A DNA stretch of 32,000 nt from an uncultured archaeon (lineage in GTDB: Archaea > Asgardarchaeota > Thorarchaeia > Thorarchaeales > CAZPUN01). Positions 1 through 8,569 of the stretch are shown one piece after another; positions within the stretch are counted from its first letter, which is position 1; the number at the start of each line of letters is the position of its first letter. The position numbers and the translations under genes are program-made. The DNA lies in assembly GCA_964589775.1 (NCBI GenBank), contig CAZPUN010000023.1, positions 1-32,000 of the forward strand, read 5' to 3'. The notes below the pieces were generated by a model, which searched no databases, was not told the origin of the DNA, and was given only the letters and a program-made list of their open reading frames with translations.

Positions 1-846
1 CAACTAAATCATCTGACAATTGTTTAAAGCCCAATGATCTATATAGATGTTCAGCAGGTGCATTTTTTCGTGTTACAAATAGTATTAACTCATTTTCATC
101 TTTGGATATCTTGTTTATTGCGAGTTTTAGAAGGCTTTTTCCTAATCCTTTTCCTTGATATGCTTTCTTAACCGCAATTTCAAGTATTGTGGGTATTTCA
201 TTGTATTTATCAATTAAGATCACTGCGACTGGTTGTTCTCTATGCATTACTATAAGGGAACATTTTAGCAAAATTGAGTCATCGCTTTTCAAGAATTCAT
301 TGATTAAACCTCTTATGCTTTCTTCGTTTTGAACTCCTAAGATCCTCTCGTCTATTGTGCCTTTATATGCATCTTCAAGAACCTCTGCTATTTGTGAGAT
401 TTGTTCTAAATTAATTGTGGATATATTATACTCTTCTGGAAGTTTTGGGTTATCGAATTCAATTAACGGTTTTAGTATCATACAATATCTTTGATGATCT
501 ATTTTGAATCCCATATCCAAGAAGATCTTTAGCGTTCTTTTGTGAAAACAAATTTTTTAGACACTTCGATCATATCGATTATTTTCTTTACAACTTGATA
601 TTTGTCGTCAAATGGCTCATCGATGAAAAAATATGATATTGTTTTTGCTAATCTAAATCCCCCAATAAAATTGTCATTAGTATCGAATATGCCGTAGTAT
701 TTCGCTTTACTTTTATTTATCTCTTGAGATACAAATTCTAAGAAATCATTTAGGTCTTCCATTTCATATCGTGGCCTGAATGATTCAGATAATTTTTCCC
801 AGAATTGGACTATTTTTTCAATTGGTAGTTCTTTAATTTTATACAT
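1..846 (-). pseudogene. Tandem-domain GNAT family N-acetyltransferase, split by a frameshift near 530-558; the 3' end runs off the window
   Basis: ORF 529..846 stops at TAA (529-531). The -1 frame continues LKIFLDMGFKIDHQRYCMILKPL... and stays open to position 1, with GNAT motif A (IAVKKAYQGKGLGKSLL) and motif B (NAPAEHLYRSLGF). It could be a sequencing indel or two separate genes. Confidence 0.7.
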
Positions 847-1131
847 TTAATCCACTCGCATTATGCTATTTGTATAATACTAAAAAACAAACATTAGTTT
901 TTATTTCAGTTATGATTCTCATGATTTATTTATTTTTTATTTTTAAATTAATTTATGTATTTTCAAAGCGAAAAATTGACCTATAATGAAATTTTTTGAT
1001 TTTAATTACATTCTATGATGTTTCATAATTATAGCTTACAATTTGTGCATTATGATTGAATAATATTCAAAAACTTTAAGAAAGATGTTTTAATGTCATA
1101 TAATAAATAAAAAAGCAAGGCTGTTTCTAAA

Positions 1132-2355
1132 ATGACCGGGACTTCATTTGCTATTGGAATTGTAGGCAAGCCCTCTGCAGGAAAAACCTCATTTACAAAT
1201 GCAGCGTGCTTTACAGATTTCAAGGTTGGTTCATATCCATTTACTACAATTGATCCTAATTTTGGTGTTGCATATGTACGCCATGAATGTGTATGTAAGG
1301 AATTCGGTGTAAAGGATGACCCCCAAAATTCCATTTGTATCGATGGTATTCGCCATATTCCTGTTAAGATAATTGATGTTGCAGGTCTTGTTCCTGATGC
1401 TTGGCAAGGACGCGGTTTAGGAAATAAATTTTTGAACGATCTTAGTACTGCTGATGTTCTTATACATGTTGTTGATATTTCTGGCTCATTAGATGAAGAA
1501 GGGCGTCCAGTATCTCCCGGCAGTCACGACCCTATTGAAGATGTTTTATTCTTAGAGCGCGAGATAAATCAATGGATGTTAGATATTGTAAAACGAGATT
1601 GGCGGAAGATAACGGGCCGCATGCGTGCTGAGCATGCGAAATTTGAAGTCCTACTTGCTGAGAAATTTGCGGGTTTGGCAATAAATAAAACACATATCCT
1701 AAAAGCACTACGGCTTGCAAACCTGAATTCGGATGTAGCTGATAAATGGTCTGATGAAGAACTTGAAAAATTCATAGATGCACTTAGACGGGTATCAAAG
1801 CAAATCATAATTGCAGCAAATAAAATTGATATGCATACTTCAGAAGAGAATTTAAAGAGATTAAAAGAACGTTTTCCGGATTTAACTATTATACCTACAT
1901 GTTCATTATGTGAGTATATTCTGAAAGATTTTGATAAAAAGGGTATTATATCTTATATTCCCGGAGATAATGACTTCAAAATTTTAAAACCCGAGAAATT
2001 AAGCGAAAAGGAACTTGGAGCCCTTGAAAAAATACGAACTAACATATTACAAAAATATGGGTCTACAGGCGTTCAGAAAATTCTTGAAACTGCGGTATTT
2101 GATGTATTAGATATGATTACAGTCTATCCTGTAAATGATCCCACATCACTTACGGATTCAAAAGGTCGTGTTCTTCCTGATGTTTATTTGGTAAAAAATG
2201 GAACAACAACGCGGGAATTTGCTGGGCTTATTCATACAGATCTAGCAAAAAGTTTTCTATATGCAATAGATGTACGAACTAAGATGCGATTAGGTGAAAA
2301 GCATGTTCTGAAAGATCGTGATGTTATTAAGATTGTTTCTACTAAAGGCACGTAA
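1132..2355 (+). CDS. ychF: YchF/OLA1 (Obg family) translation-associated NTPase, archaeal type, with C-terminal TGS domain
   Basis: GKPSAGKT P-loop, YPFTTIDPN switch I, DVAGLVP, GLGNKFL, NKID, and a C-terminal IHTDL...LKDRDVIKIV TGS domain. Confidence 0.93.
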   Translation: MTGTSFAIGIVGKPSAGKTSFTNAACFTDFKVGSYPFTTIDPNFGVAYVRHECVCKEFGVKDDPQNSICIDGIRHIPVKIIDVAGLVPDAWQGRGLGNKFLNDLSTADVLIHVVDISGSLDEEGRPVSPGSHDPIEDVLFLEREINQWMLDIVKRDWRKITGRMRAEHAKFEVLLAEKFAGLAINKTHILKALRLANLNSDVADKWSDEELEKFIDALRRVSKQIIIAANKIDMHTSEENLKRLKERFPDLTIIPTCSLCEYILKDFDKKGIISYIPGDNDFKILKPEKLSEKELGALEKIRTNILQKYGSTGVQKILETAVFDVLDMITVYPVNDPTSLTDSKGRVLPDVYLVKNGTTTREFAGLIHTDLAKSFLYAIDVRTKMRLGEKHVLKDRDVIKIVSTKGT

Positions 2356-2370
2356 CATCACGTCTTAATT

Positions 2371-2667
2371 TTGTCTCTGGTGATTTCATTGCGTCAATTC
2401 TCCCAAAAGTTAGAAACAATATTTGCAAGTAAGGCACATGTTCGCGTAATCGAATTTTTTTTGTTAAATTCTGGTGAGATAATCAATCTGTCATCAATTG
2501 CACGCCTTACTAAACTATCTACGTCTACTGTTCACAGAGTTGTTTCTAAATTAGTTGATCTTGGCATTTTAAAAGAAATACGAATCGGAACACAAGTTAG
2601 AGCATTTTATTTGAATAGTGGAAGCAAAATAGTAAAAGCGCTCAAAGAATTTTATGACCAAATTTAG
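2371..2667 (+). CDS. Small winged helix-turn-helix protein (ArsR/MarR-like); exact start uncertain
   Basis: NLSSIARLTKLSTSTVHRVVSKLVDLGILKE is a typical wHTH followed by a beta wing. Confidence 0.78.
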   Translation: MSLVISLRQFSQKLETIFASKAHVRVIEFFLLNSGEIINLSSIARLTKLSTSTVHRVVSKLVDLGILKEIRIGTQVRAFYLNSGSKIVKALKEFYDQI

Positions 2668-2782
2668 TGGTGCGGAGGGCGAGATTTGAACTCGCGAACG
2701 CCTACGCGAGCAGATCTTGAGTCTGCCACCTATAGTCGACCCCATTAATTAGGCGTCCTTGACCGGGCTTGGTTACCTCCGC
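2668..2782 (-). tRNA. tRNA-Leu(CAA) with a 27-nt intron at position 21/22 (intron 2732..2758); CCA encoded
   Basis: Reverse complement: acceptor stem GCGGAGG/CCTCCGC, anticodon arm GCAGA-CT-CAA-GA-TCTGC (anticodon at 2717-2719), long variable arm, TTCAAAT T-loop, ACCA end. Removing the intron restores GGTCAAAGGTGG. Confidence 0.95.
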
Positions 2783-2836
2783 ATTGTTTTAATGTTTTAT
2801 TTTTTCAAATATAAAATTAATGGGAATGGCATATGT

Positions 2837-3520
2837 TTATGCATGTATGATTGTACCAATTTTTTCTCCATTTATTATTTTCAATATATTATCCGGATAC
2901 TTTCCATCAAATATGATCGTTTTTATATGTGACCGTCTAATGATTTCTACGGCGACCATATCAAATAGTTCATAGCTCCCAGCTTTTGAGCCTGAGTGTT
3001 CCATTAGTTTTTGAAATTCTTCTCCGGATATTTCTTCTAATTTTCTGGCGCCGTTTTCATCAGGGGGTCTATCATAAACGCCATCTACATTTGTTGCATT
3101 AATCAATAAGTCTGCTTTTAATGTTTCTGCCATGATTGCAGCAACGGCGTTTGTTGAATGCCCTGGAGTTAATCCACCCATTAAAACAATTTTTCCAGAT
3201 GCAGCAAACTGCTCAAGTTCTTCGACAGTAGTTGCGATTTTTGGGTATGCAAGTTCACCCAGTGCTTCAGCTAATATCTTTGCGTTAAGGCGCGCTGCCT
3301 GAATGCCAAACTCATCGCAAATTGATTCAGGAGCCCCTAATGTTCTAGCTGCTTTTATGAACATACGTGCCGTTTTTCCGCCGCCTACGACAATTCCAAT
3401 TCTATTACCTGTATCTATGATTTTTTTTATTACATTAACGTATGTCTGAATTATTTCTGTGGAAATCGAGCCGTCATCATTATATAAAATCGAGCCTCCA
3501 ATCTTAAGTACAATTCTCAT
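2837..3520 (-). CDS. pyrH: UMP kinase (archaeal type)
   Basis: VLKIGGS, VVGGGKTAR, GGLTPGHSTNAVAA and TNVDGVYD motifs; 227 aa. Confidence 0.95.
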   Translation of the reverse strand: MRIVLKIGGSILYNDDGSISTEIIQTYVNVIKKIIDTGNRIGIVVGGGKTARMFIKAARTLGAPESICDEFGIQAARLNAKILAEALGELAYPKIATTVEELEQFAASGKIVLMGGLTPGHSTNAVAAIMAETLKADLLINATNVDGVYDRPPDENGARKLEEISGEEFQKLMEHSGSKAGSYELFDMVAVEIIRRSHIKTIIFDGKYPDNILKIINGEKIGTIIHA

Positions 3521-3552
3521 AATTGTTCTACCTTGTAAAATCTTTGAAGGAA

Positions 3553-3649
3553 TGGTGGACCGTCCGGGGTTTGAACCCGGGGCTTACGGTCATTTTTGAA
3601 ATGATCTCCGCCTTGCGAAGGCGGCGTGATGCCACTTCACCAACGGCCC
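3553..3649 (-). tRNA. tRNA-Ala(CGC) with a 22-nt intron at position 45/46 (intron 3584..3605); CCA encoded
   Basis: Acceptor stem GGGCCGT/ACGGTCC with the G3.U70 alanine identity pair, anticodon arm CCGCC-TT-CGC-AA-GGCGG (anticodon at 3615-3617), T arm CCGGG-TTCAAAC-CCCGG. Removing the intron gives an AGGCC variable loop. Confidence 0.95.
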
Positions 3650-3731
3650 ACTGATATTATCTGGTATCTAAAAAGTATTAAAAATTTTGTGAAGCGCCTT
3701 ATTTTAAAAAAATGGAAGGGGACGTTGGAAC

Positions 3732-4106
3732 TTAAATTATTCCATATCTCCATTTTCTAATGGATACGAGTGCATAGGCAAGTCCCAAGGTTACAATTCC
3801 TAAGAATCCGCCTACAATTGCTAAAACGCCGAAATCAAGTCTGTATTGAAAGACCATCCATGAGCCCAAGAAAAGAGTAATGACATCCATTATAGCAAAA
3901 AGGATTGCGTAAATGTAATATTGATAATCAAATTGTATATGTGATGTGCCTATCGGGACTTCTCCACATTCGTATGTATCATATTTTGCTTCAGATGGGA
4001 CTCCTTTTGCTCTAGTGAGCTTAGAAGCTGTAAGCATAAGAATAGCAAATAAGGTTCCTGAACCCAACAATAGAATTACAGGCAGGAATTGTTCAAATAA
4101 TGTCAT
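3732..4106 (-). CDS. nuoA: Complex I-like subunit A (3 TM); divergent from the rest of the operon
   Basis: KYDTYECGE loop, FDYQYYIYAILFAIMD and three hydrophobic segments. ATG at 4106 preferred over TTG at 4124. Confidence 0.9.
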   Translation of the reverse strand: MTLFEQFLPVILLLGSGTLFAILMLTASKLTRAKGVPSEAKYDTYECGEVPIGTSHIQFDYQYYIYAILFAIMDVITLFLGSWMVFQYRLDFGVLAIVGGFLGIVTLGLAYALVSIRKWRYGII

Positions 4107-4124
4107 TGCTATCACTATCCACAA

Positions 4125-4286
4125 TAAAATATACTTTCAATTTTAAATATTTTGTCTGATACATTTCCATAAAAATACATATTTTTAAGTCTTTAGTTTC
4201 ATTTTTGTAAATTACATGTGGTAATGTTTATAAGATTGATAACAAATTTTCTAGCACGCTACTAAAGATAATTTAGGTGAGAAATT
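4125..4286. promoter_or_regulatory. Divergent promoter region between nuoA and nuoJ
   Basis: AT-rich gap between head-to-head genes; TATA-like TTTATAAG near 4227; AGGTGA ribosome-binding site just before the nuoJ ATG. Confidence 0.5.
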
Positions 4287-4817
4287 ATGGCTTGGTCCTT
4301 GGAATTCATCGAATTCATTATTTTAGCAGGACTAGCTATTGCTTCTGCTATACTTACATTAGAAACCCGCGAAATTATCTATGGTCTATTCTATTTTGGA
4401 ATTTTCACGATCGCTGTTGGCGGTCTTTACATATTGCTTAACGCGGGTTATCTAGCTATGTTTCAAATGGCTATTTATGCAGGGGCAGTGGTTGTTCTTG
4501 TTTTCTTCGCAATTATGCTAGTCCGAAGAAAAGAAGGAGTTCCAATGTGTTCATATCCCAGTATAAAAACAAAAGTTGGTAGTGCAATACTTAGTATTCT
4601 TCTAATTGTATTTGTGCTTTACTTTGTATTGCAATATCCATGGGTACAAGCAGTAACACTACCTGTTGTAGATCCCGGTGATATATTCTATGTTCTAATG
4701 AGTAATCAACTTCTATCCTTTGAACTAATAGCTGTATTATCTACAGCTACAATCATTGGTGGTGTTGCTTTGGTACGAAATGATATCGAAATTGAAGAAT
4801 CTGAGGAGGGTCAATAA
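4287..4817 (+). CDS. nuoJ: Complex I-like subunit J
   Basis: LNAGYLAMFQMAIYAGAVVVLVFFAIML and FELIAVL motifs; five TM segments. Confidence 0.92.
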   Translation: MAWSLEFIEFIILAGLAIASAILTLETREIIYGLFYFGIFTIAVGGLYILLNAGYLAMFQMAIYAGAVVVLVFFAIMLVRRKEGVPMCSYPSIKTKVGSAILSILLIVFVLYFVLQYPWVQAVTLPVVDPGDIFYVLMSNQLLSFELIAVLSTATIIGGVALVRNDIEIEESEEGQ

Positions 4818-5128
4818 TGGACATACCTCTTGATTATTTCATTATGCTGTCGGTAATGCTCTTTGGTGTTGGTGTATACGGAGTCCTAACCAGACGAAGT
4901 ATCATCCGTATGCTTATGGGCGTTGAAATTATGATGAATGCAGCTAATATCAACTTGATTGCGTTTTCAATTTACTCATCGCCATTCAATTTGAGCGGTC
5001 AGGTACTAGCTTTATTCTCAATAGCAATTGCGGCTGCTGAAGTTGCAGTAGGTCTTGCAATACTGATTCTTGTATATCGCAATCATTCGACAATTGATGT
5101 TAGCGAGTTAAAATCTCTTAATGGGTGA
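4817..5128 (+). CDS. nuoK: Complex I-like subunit K
   Basis: RMLMGVEIMMNAANIN, GQVLALF, AAAEVAVGLA. Confidence 0.95.
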   Translation: MDIPLDYFIMLSVMLFGVGVYGVLTRRSIIRMLMGVEIMMNAANINLIAFSIYSSPFNLSGQVLALFSIAIAAAEVAVGLAILILVYRNHSTIDVSELKSLNG

Positions 5129-5133
5129 TTACT

Positions 5134-5583
5134 ATGGGATTAAAAAGTTGGGCAAGAAAATCATCATTATGGCCAGTCCGTTTTTGTATAGCTTGTTGTT
5201 CTACTGAAATGGCCGCTGCAATGGCATCTAGGTTTGATATGGAGCGATTCGGAGTTATGCCAATTTGGGGACCGCGCCAAGGAGATTTCCTTATGATTGC
5301 AGGATATGTCTCTAAAAAGATGGCAAAAAGATTAGTCCAAATTTATGAACAAATGCCCGAACCTCGATATGTTTTGGCACTTGGCGATTGTACGATGTCT
5401 GGTGGTCCTTATTGGGACAGTTACAATGTAATCGAAAATGTTGGTGATTTAGTCCCCATTGATGTATTTGTACCTGGATGTCCACCTAGGCCTGAAGCAA
5501 TCCTGAAGGGCATTGAACTAATTCAACAAATGATCGAAAAGGGCGAACGACCTAAAGATAAAAAGCCCGTTGTTGTTCAATAG
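5134..5583 (+). CDS. nuoB: Complex I-like subunit B (proximal [4Fe-4S] subunit)
   Basis: CIACCSTE, RFDMERFG, YEQMPEPRYV, GDC, PGCPPRPEA. ATG at 5134 follows GGGTGA. Confidence 0.93.
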   Translation: MGLKSWARKSSLWPVRFCIACCSTEMAAAMASRFDMERFGVMPIWGPRQGDFLMIAGYVSKKMAKRLVQIYEQMPEPRYVLALGDCTMSGGPYWDSYNVIENVGDLVPIDVFVPGCPPRPEAILKGIELIQQMIEKGERPKDKKPVVVQ

Positions 5584-5594
5584 GAGGGTTATCA

Positions 5595-6053
5595 GTGGCA
5601 ACAAATGACGAAATTGTTCAGGTCTTAAAGGATAAATTTGGAGATAACATAAAAGAAGTTGTAACTGATGATTTCAAACATACTTATGTTACAATTTCGA
5701 GAGATATTCTAAAGGATGCTGCAAAAACAATTGCAGAAAACATGGAGAAGCCCCTTGCGGAAATGGTTGCTGTTTCTGATTTTGCGGAAAAACAAGAGTT
5801 CGAGCTTGTATATACCTTCTGGGATTATGTAGGCAAAAATCTAATTCACTTGAAGGTATATGTTCCATATTCAGATCCAGTTGTTCCATCTCTTGCATTA
5901 GACTTTCCTGCTTTAGATTGGTATGAGCGTGAAGGGCACGAGATGTTCGGTGTAAACTTTGAAGGTCATCCAAATCTTGCGCCATTATTACTTGAGGGCT
6001 TCGAAGGTGAATATCCGATGCGAAAGAGCTTTAAGTTAGAACGAAACAGGTAG
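5595..6053 (+). CDS. nuoC: Complex I-like subunit C
   Basis: WYEREGHEMFGVNFEGHPNL...YPMRKSF. Confidence 0.92.
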   Translation: MATNDEIVQVLKDKFGDNIKEVVTDDFKHTYVTISRDILKDAAKTIAENMEKPLAEMVAVSDFAEKQEFELVYTFWDYVGKNLIHLKVYVPYSDPVVPSLALDFPALDWYEREGHEMFGVNFEGHPNLAPLLLEGFEGEYPMRKSFKLERNR

Positions 6054-6061
6054 GTGAAAAT

Positions 6062-7150
6062 ATGAAACAGCAAGTCGAAGTTTATTATGGTCCTCAGCAT
6101 CCTGGAACGCATCCGTTTTCAATTCTTCTCAAGCTTGATGGTGATATCATAATTGATGCAGAGCCCAAAATAGGCTATGTTCATCGTGCTATAGAAAAAT
6201 TAGCCGAGTATCGCGATTTCTATCAGAACATCCCCATTATGGAACGTGCATGTTTTCTCGAAGATCTGATTCATGAACATGGATATATGATCGCTGCAGA
6301 GAAGCTTCTGGGTGTTGAAATTCCAGAGCGCGCAGAATATTTGCGTGTTATTACTGCCGAACTAAGCCGTATTATTAGTCTTTTAATGTGGTTCAGTATG
6401 TTCGGTGGTGAAACAGGTCTTAGCACGACATTCATGTGGGGCTTTACAGACAGAGAAAAATTACTTGATATTATGACTGAAATTACAGGTGCGCGTGTTG
6501 CATTTGCATACTTCCTACCTGGTGGTGTGCGATGGGACTTTCCTGAAGGTATTGAGGATAAGCTTAGAAAATATCTTGACTATCAAGAAGAACAACTAGA
6601 TGTCTATAAAGGACTATTAATGGATAATTCAATCTTTATAGACCGTACCAAGGGTGTGGGCGTTGCAGATCCAGATACGCTCATAAAGCTTGGAGCATCC
6701 GGTCCCGTTCTTCGTGCAAGTGGATTCAAATACGATCTTCGTGTTGATGCACCCTATGGTGTATATGATCATTTCAAGATCGATACCCCTGTTCTTCATA
6801 ATGGCGACTCATATGACCGTACTATGATTCGTCTTATGGATATTAAAACAAGTATTGACATTGTCCGCCAAGCGTTAGACCAATTACCTTCAGGAGATGT
6901 ACGTGTTAAAGTGCGTTCCAAGAAGAAAGCTGCACCTGGCGCAGTATATTCTCGCGTAGAATCTGCAAGAGGTATTTTGGGCTACTATATAATTTCTAAT
7001 GGAACAAACAAGCCATATCGAATTAAGATTCGTGGGCCTTCGTTCTCTCATATGTATGTATTTCCACACTTAATTCGCGGTCTTCATCTGGCTGATGTTC
7101 CTATGGTATTGGGCACATTAGACGTATGCCCTGCAGATCTGGATAGGTGA
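6062..7150 (+). CDS. nuoD: Complex I subunit D / MBS(MBX) large-subunit-like catalytic subunit; no complete NiFe motifs
   Basis: GPQHP, GYVHRAIEKLAE, TGAR, PGGV, SGPVLRASG, ESARG, and C-terminal DVCPADLDR. Confidence 0.9.
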   Translation: MKQQVEVYYGPQHPGTHPFSILLKLDGDIIIDAEPKIGYVHRAIEKLAEYRDFYQNIPIMERACFLEDLIHEHGYMIAAEKLLGVEIPERAEYLRVITAELSRIISLLMWFSMFGGETGLSTTFMWGFTDREKLLDIMTEITGARVAFAYFLPGGVRWDFPEGIEDKLRKYLDYQEEQLDVYKGLLMDNSIFIDRTKGVGVADPDTLIKLGASGPVLRASGFKYDLRVDAPYGVYDHFKIDTPVLHNGDSYDRTMIRLMDIKTSIDIVRQALDQLPSGDVRVKVRSKKKAAPGAVYSRVESARGILGYYIISNGTNKPYRIKIRGPSFSHMYVFPHLIRGLHLADVPMVLGTLDVCPADLDR

Positions 7151-7155
7151 TAGCT

Positions 7156-8130
7156 ATGGATTTCCTGATGACATTTATCCAACTGTTCCTGTTTCCAGGC
7201 TTTACATTTGTATTGATCTCCGCATTAATGCTTATGTACCTGGAGCGTAAAATCATTGCAAGAATGCACATGAGACGTGGTCCCTACTACGTTGGAAAGG
7301 CTGGTATCTTGCAGACACTTGCAGACTTATTGAAATTACTCTATAAAGAAGTAATTGTTCCTAAGACTGCATCAAAATGGGTGCTGTTGGGTGTTCCAAC
7401 ATTAATGTTAATTCTATCATGGGCACCTCTGGCTGTAATCCCATATGATAGCTGGTATTACTTGTCCAGATTCAATGTAAGTCTCCTATTCGTATTTGCA
7501 GCATTATCAGTGTTTCCATTCTTAGGCATGTTATTGGGTTGGGGCTCTGGAAGTAAATATTCATTAATCGGTGGTTATCGTGGAGCGTCACAGCAAATCG
7601 CTTATGAATTGCCATTGTTCCTGTCTGCATTAATTCCTGCATTCTTCGCTGGCAGTTTAGATCTATGGGAGATTGCAGCAGCTCAATCGAAAATCTGGTT
7701 TGGCTTCCTGCATCCAATTGCAATGATCTTGTTCTTCATATCAATGTTAGCTGAACTTGAAAGAATACCATTCGATATTCCTGAGGCTGAAAGCGAACTT
7801 GTTTTCGGTTGGAAGACTGACCTTAGTGGTATTTACTTCGGGTTCTCAATATTTGCAGGTTATACTTTATTGTTTGCAGAATCTGCATTCTTTGTCACAC
7901 TATTCTTAGGCGGATGGAATGGGCCATTCTTACCCGGTTGGCTATGGTTCTTCATTAAGACATTCATTGTACTATACATAATGTTCTGGATTCGAGCTGC
8001 ACAGCCCCGATACCGAATGGACCAATTACTATCAATTAGTTGGAAGAAATTTGTACCGATTGCAATATTCAACATAATCTTGGGAGTCTTCATAATGCTA
8101 TACATAGTTCCCATAATTGGAGGAATATAA
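7156..8130 (+). CDS. nuoH: Complex I-like subunit H
   Basis: ERKIIARMHMRRGP, QTLADLLKLLYKE, SKYSLIGGYR, RIPFDIPEAESEL, PRYRMDQL. ATG at 7156 follows AGGTGA (GTG at 7147 is the alternative). Confidence 0.95.
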   Translation: MDFLMTFIQLFLFPGFTFVLISALMLMYLERKIIARMHMRRGPYYVGKAGILQTLADLLKLLYKEVIVPKTASKWVLLGVPTLMLILSWAPLAVIPYDSWYYLSRFNVSLLFVFAALSVFPFLGMLLGWGSGSKYSLIGGYRGASQQIAYELPLFLSALIPAFFAGSLDLWEIAAAQSKIWFGFLHPIAMILFFISMLAELERIPFDIPEAESELVFGWKTDLSGIYFGFSIFAGYTLLFAESAFFVTLFLGGWNGPFLPGWLWFFIKTFIVLYIMFWIRAAQPRYRMDQLLSISWKKFVPIAIFNIILGVFIMLYIVPIIGGI

Positions 8131-8131
8131 A

Positions 8132-8569
8132 ATGGGCAGACTTGGATTTCTAAAAAGTATGTATCTGACATTTAAGCAGTTTTTCAGAAAGCCAGTCACA
8201 GTGTTATATCCTGAAGAGCGAATTCCCGATTTCTCACGATACCGTGGAATTCACTTATTAAATATGCAAAAATGCAAGGGTTGTAACCTATGTGGTATGG
8301 CTTGTCCTAACTTTGCCATTAAAATGGTTGAGCGACTAAATCCAAAAACTGGTAAAATGTCCAAATATCCCGAGATCAATATGGCACGTTGTATGTTCTG
8401 TGGATTATGCGAAGATGCATGTCCATTAGATTGTTTGAAGCTCGGGGGAATATATGACTTTGCAACTGATTCATTTGAAGAATTAATATTTCCCCCTGAA
8501 AAACTAGCGGAGTTATGGGAACAAAGATTCGGTACTCCCGCATTATTAGAATCAAAATCAAATGAGTAA
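8132..8569 (+). CDS. nuoI: Complex I-like subunit I (2x[4Fe-4S])
   Basis: TVLYPEE, RYRGIH, CKGCNLCGMACP and CMFCGLCEDACP. ATG at 8132 follows GGAGG. Confidence 0.95.
   Translation: MGRLGFLKSMYLTFKQFFRKPVTVLYPEERIPDFSRYRGIHLLNMQKCKGCNLCGMACPNFAIKMVERLNPKTGKMSKYPEINMARCMFCGLCEDACPLDCLKLGGIYDFATDSFEELIFPPEKLAELWEQRFGTPALLESKSNE

Noticed and set aside
847-1131. Very AT-rich intergenic region as a possible replication origin or repeat array
   Set aside because: No ORB-like G-string repeats, no cdc6/orc1 gene and no regular repeats were seen; it is best explained as a divergent promoter region.
2668-3649. tRNA genes as integration sites of a mobile element
   Set aside because: There is no integrase and no duplicated tRNA 3' end in the window, and the flanking genes are housekeeping.
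4125-4286. SurR-type GTT-N3-AAC operator upstream of either respiratory operon (also checked 27950-28227)
   Set aside because: I found only imperfect matches (for example ATTGATAAC), which are expected by chance in AT-rich DNA.
6062-7150. Calling the first locus a [NiFe]-hydrogenase
   Set aside because: Both CxxC motifs are incomplete (CFLE and CPAD), so a NiFe centre is unlikely.
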